This document shows positions 9,128 through 18,191 of a stretch of 64,000 nt of DNA, in pieces. Within the stretch, counting starts at the first letter, position 1, and the number at the start of each line of letters is the position of its first letter. The stretch is from a virus (lineage: Duplodnaviria; Caudoviricetes), in IMG/VR virus record IMGVR_UViG_3300009095_000001, positions 33,538 to 97,537 of that record. One strand, given 5' to 3'. Made by a program: the position numbers and the translations under genes. The notes under the pieces were generated by a model. It had not been told where the DNA came from, did no database searches, and was given only the letters and a program-made list of their open reading frames with translations.

Positions 9128-10797
9128 GCTGCTTCCTGTTGTGATTTGTTGCGTGGAAGGAACCTGTAAAACTGGCCAAAGAAATCTGCGTAGACGGTAC
9201 CCGTCGGACCGTGCCGGTTGAGCTGCACGATGATCTCGGCGGTGCTCAGCTTGGTAGTCGCGCTCGCCAGCTCCTGCACTTCGGTGCGCCCGAGCGGGCA
9301 GTCGTGCAGTAGAAGCTCGAAGCGCCGCTGCTGCGCCTGGTCGTTGCGGATGGCGATCAGCTCGTCGAGATCGTTGAGCATTCGCGCGACGCCGATCCCT
9401 GTGTTCTTGCAGCCATCGACGGCGCGCTTGCGGAGGATCTTGATCTGGTCGCGGTACTCCTGGTGCTTCGGGTCGTAGACCACCGGCCGGTAGCAACCCA
9501 TGAGCACGTCGCCGTACTGCTCGATCTTCCCGCTGCCCTCGTTGTCGCTCGCCTGCGGTCGTCGGCCTTGTCCGCTCTCGTCGTCGATCGGTCGCTTCTC
9601 CAAGTCGCGATTGAGCTGCGACAGCAGCAGCGACACCAGCCCGAGCGCCTTGCTCTCGTCCTTGACGAACTTGACCTTGGCGCCGGTCCGCTCGTTGATG
9701 TTCTGCTTCGCGGTCTCGGGAAAATCGACGAACGACTGCAGGAAGTCGAGCATCACGAGCGCGGGCTCGCGGACTGGTCGGCCTTGCTGATCGCGGTCGA
9801 TGATCGGGTGCTCGGATCGCCAGCGCCGGATGATCCCGAACGCCTTGCGGAGATCGCCGGAGTGCTCGTCGGGGCACCATTCGATCGGCGCCGAGTCGAG
9901 CAGCTTGCGAGCCGCGTCGACGCGCTCGCGGTTGTGTTCGTACCAGCGCTGCGTCGGTGCACCGATCGCGCTCGCGTCGAGCCCGGCCAGGTTGGCGAGC
10001 AGCCGCTCGTACAGCTCCGCGTTGCGCATTTCGTCGCAGACGATGAACACGGGCGTCGGCCGATCCTTGAGCTTCCAGCGGACCGGGAAGCCATCGACGC
10101 GATCAAACATCGCCTCGATCAGCACCTGCAACGCAAAGCTGGTCTTGCCCATCTTCGGGCGACCGCTCACGAACAGCAGCCAACCGGGCCGCGGACCACG
10201 GCGCTTGCACATGCTGTCGAGCTTCGCAAAGCCGGTGCTGATCGACCGCGTGCGGCCGCTGAGCTCAAGCTGAAACTCGCGCTCCCAGTCGTCGCCGACT
10301 TGCTTGATCGAGAGACCCCGCTTGCCGCCGGCCCCGTTGCGCGCAACGTCGGTGAAGCGCTCGGCCGTGCGTGCGAGCTCGGCCGCCAGCTCATCGCCGG
10401 TCAGCGGGTTGGTGAGCAGCTGCTGTGCGAACGCGCGGGCAAGCTCGATCGCCGCTCGAGCTTGGGCGTGCTCGGCGATCAGGACCGCGTGCACGAGCAG
10501 CTCTTGCTTGTTGCGAGCGCAGGTCTCGGCGACCCGAGCGATAGCCTGGGGACCTCCGACGGTGCCGAGCGTGCCGCGGCTGCGGAGCTCCGACTCGAGC
10601 GTGATGCGGTCGATCGACCGGCCCTTCTCGACCAGCATCTGCAACGCGTCCCAGCACGCCTGGTGAGCTTCGATGCACATGCCGTGGTCGCCGATCACCG
10701 ACCGCACGTCGGCGATGGCTTCGGGTCCCCAGCGCAGGCATGAGCCGAGCACCGACAGCTCCGCCGCGGCATCGTGGGGAAGCTGGCGGCCGATCAC
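9124..10797 (-). CDS. dnaB: Replicative DNA helicase, DnaB-like
   Basis: PHDAAAELSVLGS N-terminus, STGFAKLD, GRPKMGKTS, MLDFLQ, LSQLNRDLEKR, SGKIEQYGD, NRHGPTG. Confidence 0.93.
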   Translation of the reverse strand: MIGRQLPHDAAAELSVLGSCLRWGPEAIADVRSVIGDHGMCIEAHQACWDALQMLVEKGRSIDRITLESELRSRGTLGTVGGPQAIARVAETCARNKQELLVHAVLIAEHAQARAAIELARAFAQQLLTNPLTGDELAAELARTAERFTDVARNGAGGKRGLSIKQVGDDWEREFQLELSGRTRSISTGFAKLDSMCKRRGPRPGWLLFVSGRPKMGKTSFALQVLIEAMFDRVDGFPVRWKLKDRPTPVFIVCDEMRNAELYERLLANLAGLDASAIGAPTQRWYEHNRERVDAARKLLDSAPIEWCPDEHSGDLRKAFGIIRRWRSEHPIIDRDQQGRPVREPALVMLDFLQSFVDFPETAKQNINERTGAKVKFVKDESKALGLVSLLLSQLNRDLEKRPIDDESGQGRRPQASDNEGSGKIEQYGDVLMGCYRPVVYDPKHQEYRDQIKILRKRAVDGCKNTGIGVARMLNDLDELIAIRNDQAQQRRFELLLHDCPLGRTEVQELASATTKLSTAEIIVQLNRHGPTGTVYADFFGQFYRFLPRNKSQQEAA

Positions 10798-11891
10798 GGG
10801 TGACCTCCGTCGTCGAGCAGACCCTGCAACGCGATCGGGTCGTCGTCGAGATCGTCGTCATACCGGGGCGCATAGTCGGACGTCGATCGAACAACGGCGA
10901 GTTCTGGCTCGTTGGCCATGCGGTCGAAATGCTCTTTGCGGAACCAGTAATCCGCGAGCCTGCGCATCGAATCCCAACCGCTGTCCATCACCCTGCCCCT
11001 GTCGCGATCAAGCTCTCGACGGGCTATCCGCACGACCTTGCGCGCGACGGCGAGAAGCTCCGCCGTGGTCGCGCCCTTGGGGGCGTTGGAGCGGCAGAGC
11101 GCGAGGAGTTTCTTGCGGCGCTTGTCCGTGAGTCCGAGGAATTCTACGCGGTGACTTGGCCGCCAACGGGCCCACGCATCCGCGCGCTCTGCGTTGTACT
11201 CCCGCCAGAACTGCGCGATTAGCTCATCGTCGGTTGGGTCTTGGGGCTGATCCTCGAACCCCAACCCGGGGAGGGGGAGGGCCGAGCCCTCGCTTGGGGG
11301 TACTGGGGGACCGGGGGGAACTGGGGGAATTAATTGGGTTGGCAGATTTTCGCCAACTTTTTGCAGATTCTCGCCAACTTTTTGCAGATTCTCGCCATCG
11401 CCTGGCAGATTTTCGCCGGCAGATTTTCGCCAAATCCTGGCAGATTCCTGCAAGTCTGTTGCAGATTCTCGCCAGTCCTCGCGGGTTTTCTGCTTGGCAG
11501 ATTTTCGCAACTTCTTGCGACGTTTCTCCATTTCCGCCGAATCCTCGATTGCCTCGCTCGGCGGGGTCAGCTCGACATAGCGACCTTCGACGGATGCGAG
11601 CCCGCGGTCCACGCAGCCTTTGATGTAGTCGCGGATCGTACGGTCGGCCTTGTCCGGGTGGACGTGCTGACGAAGGTCTTCGACCAGGCTCTCGCTCGGG
11701 CCCATGCGAGACCCGTCGGCCCGCTCGTAGGCCGGGGCCTTCACCGTGCATCGACGCAGGTGCCTTTGGGCTTCGTGTGGAGCTCGGCCCCACCACCACA
11801 TGAGCGTCAGCTTCTCGCCGTCGGACAATCCTGGAAGTGCCCAGATCTGCGGCGGCGCTCCGGGGGCATACGTGCCCTTGTCATCGCTCAC
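10794..11891 (-). CDS. Putative replication initiator (lambda O-like position, internal iterons)
   Basis: Directly upstream of DnaB; HTH-like RTIRDYIKGCVDRGL; central ENLQKVG repeats; LTDKRRKKL C-terminal motif typical of phage initiators. Confidence 0.7.
   Translation of the reverse strand: MSDDKGTYAPGAPPQIWALPGLSDGEKLTLMWWWGRAPHEAQRHLRRCTVKAPAYERADGSRMGPSESLVEDLRQHVHPDKADRTIRDYIKGCVDRGLASVEGRYVELTPPSEAIEDSAEMEKRRKKLRKSAKQKTREDWRESATDLQESARIWRKSAGENLPGDGENLQKVGENLQKVGENLPTQLIPPVPPGPPVPPSEGSALPLPGLGFEDQPQDPTDDELIAQFWREYNAERADAWARWRPSHRVEFLGLTDKRRKKLLALCRSNAPKGATTAELLAVARKVVRIARRELDRDRGRVMDSGWDSMRRLADYWFRKEHFDRMANEPELAVVRSTSDYAPRYDDDLDDDPIALQGLLDDGGHP
11342..11510. repeat. Eight iteron-like copies of GCAGATTYTCGCCA; probable origin of replication
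   Basis: Copies start at 11342, 11363, 11384, 11405, 11419, 11440, 11461, 11497 (mostly 21-bp spacing). Confidence 0.8.
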
Positions 11892-12121
11892 GATGCCCCC
11901 GTGATGACACAATCTGGCGTGTGTCCCATTGGACTGACGTCGGCCGCATATGGCCAATTGTGGCTTGCCGTGACCGTGGCCGTTCGGCTATCTTCGCTAT
12001 CGCGCATCGACTGCGTGTCCCCTACTCCGCGGTTTGATGTTGAGGCTCACGGCTTGTCCCCGTGGGCCTCTGTCTTTTCTACTCTCGCGAAGACCACGCT
12101 CGCAACCGTGCGGTTTACGCT

Positions 12122-12149
12122 CTACAATAGGCGATCAGATTGTAGAAAA
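12122..12149. promoter_or_regulatory. CTACAAT-N10-ATTGTAGAAAA palindrome (operator candidate, copy 2)
   Basis: Same half-sites and spacer length as 6776-6799; intergenic, upstream of the initiator. Confidence 0.6.
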
Positions 12150-12286
12150 GTCCGGCGCACTATCGAGCACGATCTACGCGAATCATCTGCTGTTAGCGGT
12201 TTCGCGGTGGTTTTCGATGGAGGGCATTCTCGACATTCCCGATGGGGCGCCCGGCCACAGTCCATGCGGCCGGGCGGCTGGGTTGG

Positions 12287-13051
12287 TCAGGTCAGCTTGG
12301 CGAGCTCGGCCTTGGCCCACTTCTCACCGCGAGCGAGACCCTTGTAGAGCGACTCCAGAGCGTCGTGATCGTCGTGGTCGAGCTGCTCGGCTGACTCCTT
12401 GCCGACGTACGCGAGCATCTGAGCCGGCTTCACGTTGTAGCCCTCGAACGCCTTCACGCCCGGGGCCCATCGCGAGATCGCGGGTTCTCGCTTCGTGCTC
12501 GAGCGCTCGGGCTCGGGACCGCTCTCGCCGTCGTCGTCCTCGCCCGCCGCGATGCCGGCCATGCTCGTCAACGCGTAGCGCTTGACGTAGGTGATCGCGT
12601 TGCCGACCGACTGGATCGCGCGCAGGCCCTTGAGCGCCTCGAAGGGCACGCAGAAGTCGGCCTCGACCCACTCGCCATCGCAGGCCAACCGCGTGGTGAT
12701 GTAGAGCTTTTTGTCGCTCGGGTTGGTCCACGGGGTCTGGTAGCGCGCGACACCGTGCTTCGACAGCGGCTCGCGGATCGCCACGACGACCGCGGCCAGG
12801 TCGGCGTACTTGCTCTTGAGGTGGGGATTGTTCTTGTTGAGCTCGGCGTTCCGCATCTCGCCCTGGGCAGCCGAGAGCGCGCGGTCGAGCTTCGGCGTCG
12901 CTCGGTGACTCCACCGATAGGGCCCGACGCGCAGCGTCGCCTCGATCTCGGCCGCGAGCGCGTGGTCGTCGTGATGATCGGGCTCGGGAGGCTCGCTGCC
13001 GTCGCTCGGGACTTGGTCGTCGTATTCGGTGTTTTCGTCGTAATTGCTCAT
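12287..13051 (-). CDS. ERF-family ssDNA-annealing protein
   Basis: NPHLKSKYADLAAV, PLSKHG, QSVGNAITYVKRYALTSMAGIAAGEDDDG. Confidence 0.92.
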   Translation of the reverse strand: MSNYDENTEYDDQVPSDGSEPPEPDHHDDHALAAEIEATLRVGPYRWSHRATPKLDRALSAAQGEMRNAELNKNNPHLKSKYADLAAVVVAIREPLSKHGVARYQTPWTNPSDKKLYITTRLACDGEWVEADFCVPFEALKGLRAIQSVGNAITYVKRYALTSMAGIAAGEDDDGESGPEPERSSTKREPAISRWAPGVKAFEGYNVKPAQMLAYVGKESAEQLDHDDHDALESLYKGLARGEKWAKAELAKLT

Positions 13052-14010
13052 CGTCGATTGCTCCAACGGGAGGTCGGCAGCGTGACCACGCCCCGACCCT
13101 CCCCGGGTTTCTTCCAGTCGTCAGTGATTCGCCGGTCCACGATCTCGGCGAGTCGTTTGCGGTACTCTGCGCGACCTTGTTCGATTTCATGTTCTGGCAG
13201 CTTGTAGACCCATGTTTCGTGATATCCCGCGTCGTCGCCCTCGCTGCCGATCACGACGAAGTAGAACCCCACGTCGCGACCGGTCAGCGCCGCGATTGCG
13301 TCGGAGTACATCGCGTCCTGCACGTGGTAGCCGTAGCGGAAGACGCTGCGCATGAAGCCTTGCGGTTCGGGGTCGCCGGCCGTCTTGAGGTCGGTGACCA
13401 CCAGCCCCGGTTCGAGGTCGGTCCCGTAGACGTGCTCGCAGTCGAGCTCGACCAGGCGATCGAGCCGGCACTTCACGAGCAGCCCGCTGGTCGGCTCGCG
13501 CCACAGCACGGTCTGCTCGTTGCGGCCGGGAGCGCTGAGCAGCGCGGCGGCCTCGGGATGCGACCAGGCGCTGGCGACCATCTGCCGGATGCGATGAAAG
13601 TCTGCCAGGCTCACGTCGATCCGGTCGTGGATCTTGGCCATGAGCTGCTCTCGCTGCTCACACGCTTCTCGCCATTGTTCGTAGAGCTTGCGCGCGTGCC
13701 TTCCCTCGGGCGTCGACTTGCTTGCGTTCCCGCTCGCGCCCTTCGGTCGCGGGACTTCGGGGATGCCCACGCGTCGGACCCACTCGGGCAGTTCGAGCAC
13801 GGCCAGGTGCACGTAGACGCCTCGGTCCTTCGCGTCGCTGCTGTCGTCGGGCACGTCGATGCGAAGCCCTTGCTCCCACCGTCGCCAGAACGTGCGTGGC
13901 TTCGCAGCGCACAAGCTGAGCGACGAGCGGGTGAGCGCGTCGGTGTCCGCGAAGTATTGCTCCGCGGTCCAGTCGACCAGCATCGCCTCGCCTAGTTCGA
14001 GCAGCTTCAC
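13048..14010 (-). CDS. PD-(D/E)XK exonuclease, RecE/DUF3799-like
   Basis: GVYVHLAVLE, EQTVLW, KCRLD, DLKT, YGYHVQDAMY. Confidence 0.88.
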   Translation of the reverse strand: MKLLELGEAMLVDWTAEQYFADTDALTRSSLSLCAAKPRTFWRRWEQGLRIDVPDDSSDAKDRGVYVHLAVLELPEWVRRVGIPEVPRPKGASGNASKSTPEGRHARKLYEQWREACEQREQLMAKIHDRIDVSLADFHRIRQMVASAWSHPEAAALLSAPGRNEQTVLWREPTSGLLVKCRLDRLVELDCEHVYGTDLEPGLVVTDLKTAGDPEPQGFMRSVFRYGYHVQDAMYSDAIAALTGRDVGFYFVVIGSEGDDAGYHETWVYKLPEHEIEQGRAEYRKRLAEIVDRRITDDWKKPGEGRGVVTLPTSRWSNRR

Positions 14011-14047
14011 GAGTGTGCAGACCCGGCGAGCGCGACGCCCATTCCCA

Positions 14048-14494
14048 TCACACCATCACCACGTTGTGATCGCGAGCGGCCGACAGCTCCGTGCCGAGCT
14101 GGTCGAGCGCGAGGTAGAGCGACGTCGGGCTGACGTCGAGAAACGGGACGCGGCGGGTCCAGCTGATCACCCCGCCGCCGGGCGTGTTCCACTGCAGCTC
14201 GAGCTTGACCTCGGAATCGCGCACGACGACCAAGTCCTCGCTCGGTCGCAGCCACAGCACACCGCCGGCGAGCTCGGCGACCGGCCCCGTCAACGGTAGC
14301 ACCCGACGCGCGAAGCCTTCGCGATCGTCGGGCGACTGGACCATGCTTCGGACGCGGCGAGGGAACGCGTGGGCGCTGGAGTCCCAGGTCACCGATCGCT
14401 CGAGTCGTTCGATCGTGATGCGCTCGCCGAGATCGATCTTGGCGATCATGTAGACGAGCGCGGTCGAGAGGTTGGCGAGAACCTTGCTATCCAT
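14048..14494 (-). CDS. Hypothetical protein
   Basis: ORF in operon; preceded by the conserved hairpin element. Confidence 0.55.
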   Translation of the reverse strand: MDSKVLANLSTALVYMIAKIDLGERITIERLERSVTWDSSAHAFPRRVRSMVQSPDDREGFARRVLPLTGPVAELAGGVLWLRPSEDLVVVRDSEVKLELQWNTPGGGVISWTRRVPFLDVSPTSLYLALDQLGTELSAARDHNVVMV

Positions 14495-14563
14495 ACGGCC
14501 GAAGCCCCGCCGCCCATCGCTTGCGCGACGCGGTCCGGGGCGGAGCTTCGGAGCAGCGGTCGA

Positions 14564-14797
14564 CTACTCGCTGGCGTTGTCGACCTCCATCGCCGCGTAG
14601 TTCTCGGCCAGCCAGCCCGACACCGTCACTGCATCGACGTTGACGCCGGCCGCCTGGGCTGCGGATTTCTTCGCCTTCGCCTTCGCCTCTGCTCGCGTCT
14701 GCCCGCTCGCGTGCCAGCACAACAGGCCCTGTCGAGTGGTGATGGCTTCACCGTTCTCGCGGCGGATCACAAAGCTCCAAGTCGGCTGATCGTTCAC
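14564..14797 (-). CDS. Small hypothetical protein
   Basis: ORF preceded by the same hairpin element as 14494. Confidence 0.55.
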   Translation of the reverse strand: MNDQPTWSFVIRRENGEAITTRQGLLCWHASGQTRAEAKAKAKKSAAQAAGVNVDAVTVSGWLAENYAAMEVDNASE

Positions 14798-15401
14798 AAT
14801 GCCGAAGCCCCGTCGCTCGGCTTTCGCTGCGTTCGGGGCTCCGGCTCAGTCTCTTCTCACCCGAAAGACCTCCCGGCTGGTGGCGCCCGTTTCCCGCGGG
14901 TCGCTTCGCGTGCGGCGTGCCGCTGTGTTCGAGCTCAGCGCTTCATGCCGGGCAAACGGCCAAGCGCCGTCAGTATTCCTCGGGTTCGTACTCGCGCAGG
15001 TGCTCGCCTTCGGGCAGGTCGACCTCGATCACGGTCCCCGCGGCGTGGAGCTGGAACAAGTAGCGGTCCATCCCGTGGAGCGTGCCGGCGAGTAGAGCCT
15101 CCGGAAAGGCGAGCGGGCGACGCTCGAGCTGATGCGCGCTCTCTCGGATGATCTCGGCCTCGACGTCCCGGGCTTCGAGCAGCCCGACGATCAGGAGTGG
15201 TTTTGATGGGAGCTAATACCATGAAGCCGAGCAGCTGCGCGACAGCATGCGGTCGCTCGCCGTCAACTGCCCAATCATGGACTCGGTCGAAGCGATGGTC
15301 GTGTGGTGGGTCGAGAAGCTGATCGGGATTCAGACCCAGCTTAGCGCGCTGCTCTCGGTCGAACTTCCCGACGGCTCGACGACCTACTCCTGGCACCCCG
15401 A

Positions 15402-15764
15402 ATGATCACCCGCGAGCAGCTCGACGCGATGGTGCGCGAGCATCTGGAGACGCACCCGAGCAGCTCCGCGCACGAGATCGCGGCTGCCCTGGGGTCCCCC
15501 GATGACAAGCGCCGCGACATTCGGCGTGTCTACGTCGCGCTCGACCGGCTGCGGTCAAGCGGCGACGTGATAGGCGACACCAGCTGGCCCACGCGGTGGC
15601 GGCTGACCGAGCTCGCTGATAAGCCGATCCGTCTCTCGACGGCGCAGGCGAAGCGAGCGGTCTCGCTGCTGCTCACGGCGGCGGGGCTCGGGCTCGACGA
15701 CGGCGCGCTCGAGGCTGAGGCGATCGCGATGGCGCAGCTGCTCGCGGACCAGCTTGGCGCGTGA
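15402..15764 (+). CDS. Winged-helix DNA-binding protein
   Basis: SSAHEIAAALG...VYVALDRLRSSGDV...TRWRL. Confidence 0.6.
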   Translation: MITREQLDAMVREHLETHPSSSAHEIAAALGSPDDKRRDIRRVYVALDRLRSSGDVIGDTSWPTRWRLTELADKPIRLSTAQAKRAVSLLLTAAGLGLDDGALEAEAIAMAQLLADQLGA

Positions 15765-15979
15765 GCAAGCGCCAGCGTGCCGGACCAATCGATCGGCCTC
15801 GAGCTCCGACTGGTCCAGCATGCGCGACCCCTACGAACTACTCGCGGACCCGGCCGAGCTCGGGCTGCTGGACATTCGACAGCGATTCGGCCTGACCAGC
15901 CCAGAAGAGGACGCGGAGCTCGAAGCCGTGGCCCGCGAGCGCGAGCGCCGTCGGAGCTTCGCGGCGGCTGGTGAGATCG

Positions 15980-16261
15980 TCACCCAGCGAGCAGCGACCA
16001 CAGCATGATCACGACGCTGCCGAGCGCGACCGTGATCAGGACGCTCCACGCGGCGGTCTCGGCTGCTGATCGGACCATGGCGGGATCGTGACCCCGGCCG
16101 TCGGTCCGTCGAGGTCAGGTCATCCGCCAGGCCAACCGCAAGCCGCCAGCGAAGCCGAGCAGCCCGAGCGCGAGGTAGTCGGCGGTCGAGCACGTCACCA
16201 CGACCGCGAGCAGGGTCAGGGTGTGCAGGCCAAGCAGCGTCTTCATGTCGAGCGTACCCAT
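15980..16261 (-). pseudogene. Small multi-TM protein with in-frame TGA at 16115-16117 (candidate immunity gene; pseudogene or split)
   Basis: My translation: MGTLDMKTLLGLHTLTLLAVVVTCSTADYLALGLLGFAGGLRLAWRMT*PRRTDGRGHDPAMVRSAAETAAWSVLITVALGSVVIMLWSLLAG; same size and position as 17919-18191. Confidence 0.45.
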
Positions 16262-16373
16262 GGTCTCGGTCTGGCCCGGTAGCGCGCGGACGCCAGCGAT
16301 CGCGGCGGAAGCAAGCCGCGCAGCCGGGCCGGACGATCGACGCTCGAGAAGGTCCGACCCGGCGAGGCTGGCG

Positions 16374-17048
16374 TCAGCCGCAGACCGCGGGGGCCGGCTT
16401 CTTTTTCTTTTTCTTGGCCTGCGCCGCAGCGTGGCAGGTGCAGACGGTGTCGACGACCGCCTTGGGGCAGGTGACCCCCCAGCCCGGATTTGTTGGCAAG
16501 CACGAGAACACGGCGACGAGCACCCGCAGCGCGCAGTCGAACCACGGCCCGGGCTGCGGACGGTTGGGCGGGCTGACGTCCTGCTCTCCGAGCGTGGCGA
16601 TGATCAGCTCGATCCGGCTGGCGATCTCCAGCTGCGTGGCTTCCTCGCTGGGGTCGGTGCTCGTGCTGACCACCGCGACGTTTTCGAGATCGACGAGCGC
16701 CCAACTCCGCGCGTCGGCGAAGGTGGCATTGACCGCGACCACGGTTGGTGAGCCGTCGACGGGGTCGAGCTCCACGCGAGCGACGAGCAGTCCGTCGTGA
16801 TCGAGAGCGTCGAGCACCACGATCCCGTCGTCGTCCAGTTGCATGACGACGGAGTGCAGCTCGTTGGGCCAGGGCGCGGGCTCGAGCTGGTGAGGGTCGA
16901 GCAGCTGCTGCGTGTCGGGCTCGGGCTTGCCGGGCTCGGCCGTGCTGGTCTCGCTCGCGTCGTTCGGGTGGTGCTGGGCTGGCCCGGCGTCGGTGCAGGC
17001 GAAGGTCAGCGCCAGGGCGGTCAGGAGTGAGGTTATGCGTGTGTGCAT
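16374..17048 (-). CDS. Lipoprotein with acidic N-domain and six-Cys cationic C-terminal peptide (paralog A)
   Basis: Signal plus lipobox-like TFAC; C-terminus WFDCALRVLVAVFSCLPTNPGWGVTCPKAVVDTVCTC...KKKKKK...VCG. Confidence 0.75.
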   Translation of the reverse strand: MHTRITSLLTALALTFACTDAGPAQHHPNDASETSTAEPGKPEPDTQQLLDPHQLEPAPWPNELHSVVMQLDDDGIVVLDALDHDGLLVARVELDPVDGSPTVVAVNATFADARSWALVDLENVAVVSTSTDPSEEATQLEIASRIELIIATLGEQDVSPPNRPQPGPWFDCALRVLVAVFSCLPTNPGWGVTCPKAVVDTVCTCHAAAQAKKKKKKPAPAVCG

Positions 17049-17382
17049 CCGGGGACCGTGGCCGTGCGGGCAAGCGCAGCCAGGGTGCCAGATTGCTGTT
17101 CAGTCTCGCCGACCCGCGCGCCGATCGGGATCAGTCTCGAGCGCGCGAGCACGAAAAAGGCGGCTCCCACCATTGGGAGCCTCTGCCCGCCGCGCGGCTC
17201 GGCTCGGTCCGCAGCATCCAGCCGCCCGCGTGGCTCGACGAGATCCCGCTGCCCGGAGCTGCGCCGCCTTGGCTGGGCGCGGCCGCTTGCTGAGCGGCGG
17301 GCCGAGCGAGAACAGCGAACAGTCTCAGCGGGCGCGACGGCGAGCGCGTGACTGGCCCGCTGGCCTGCGCAGGCTTGTCGTG

Positions 17383-17937
17383 ATGATCAACCAATCGATC
17401 CTTCTCGCTCTCCTACTCAGCCCACCGCCAAGCTCGCCGCACGAGATCGATGCGCCGGACTTCGCCGACCAGCTCGACCACGTGGACGTCACGGTCAGCG
17501 ACGACGATGCGGTCGTGGTCGCCTTCGATGAAGCCGGCGAGGCCATCGCCTCGCTCTCGATCTGGGTCGACGCTCGCGGGGTGACGTGGCTCGCGACCGA
17601 CTACGCGGACGGCTACTCGCTGGTCAGCGTCGACCCGATCACCGATGAAGTCACCCGCGAGGGTGATCTCGACGACGCCGTGCTCGCTGATCGCTACGAA
17701 GCGCTGCTCGATTACCTCGATGACCCGGCCGCACCATGGGAAAAGAAGGGCAAGGATAAAGGTGCCAAACCGAATCACACGTGGAAGAAGTGCGCCTTTT
17801 ATGCGGTGAAGGGCGGCGTGGCGTGTGCCCTCGTCAGCCCGTTCGGCTGCGTGTGGGGTGGGGTCAAGATGGCGTGCGCGTGTGTGCCCAAGGTCGTCAA
17901 GGAATTCGAGGAGTACTCATGCCCACTCGGCCTGTAG
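17383..17937 (+). CDS. Secreted protein with acidic N-domain and six-Cys C-terminal peptide (paralog B)
   Basis: MINQSILLALLL; N-domain aligns by eye to paralog A; WKKCAFYAVKGGVACALVSPFGCVWGGVKMACAC...SCPLGL. Confidence 0.75.
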   Translation: MINQSILLALLLSPPPSSPHEIDAPDFADQLDHVDVTVSDDDAVVVAFDEAGEAIASLSIWVDARGVTWLATDYADGYSLVSVDPITDEVTREGDLDDAVLADRYEALLDYLDDPAAPWEKKGKDKGAKPNHTWKKCAFYAVKGGVACALVSPFGCVWGGVKMACACVPKVVKEFEEYSCPLGL

Positions 17938-18191
17938 ATTGGTCGTGGTCACGTGGCTGGGCGATCGTCGCCGCCTTGCTGTTGGTCGTCGAGGCTGGTG
18001 CGAACGCCTACTTCAACGCTCTCGATCAGCAATGGCTGGGCATGGCGCTCGCGGCATCGCTCCCGCTCGCCGCCGGATACACATGGTGGACAAGGCGGTC
18101 GCTGGGTCCCGAAGTGGCCGCGGTCGCGGACAACATGCTCGTCTACGTCATGTTTGCGCTCGGGCTGTACGCCTGGGTGATCTGGCCGTGA
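17919..18191 (+). CDS. Small 3-TM membrane protein (candidate immunity)
   Basis: 90 aa, three hydrophobic segments; start overlaps the end of paralog B. Confidence 0.7.
   Translation: MPTRPVDWSWSRGWAIVAALLLVVEAGANAYFNALDQQWLGMALAASLPLAAGYTWWTRRSLGPEVAAVADNMLVYVMFALGLYAWVIWP

Noticed and set aside
11342-11510. CRISPR array (also the 18-bp repeats at 47677-47982)
   Set aside because: Repeats are too short, spacers are absent or tiny, both lie inside coding sequence, and there are no cas genes
14935-15396. 153-aa minus-strand ORF or a frameshifted gene
   Set aside because: Competing frames give partial protein-like segments and none is convincing; left unannotated
15980-16261. Genome-wide stop-codon reassignment
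   Set aside because: TGA and TAG terminate conserved genes at the expected positions; no suppressor tRNA; the internal TGA is an isolated case
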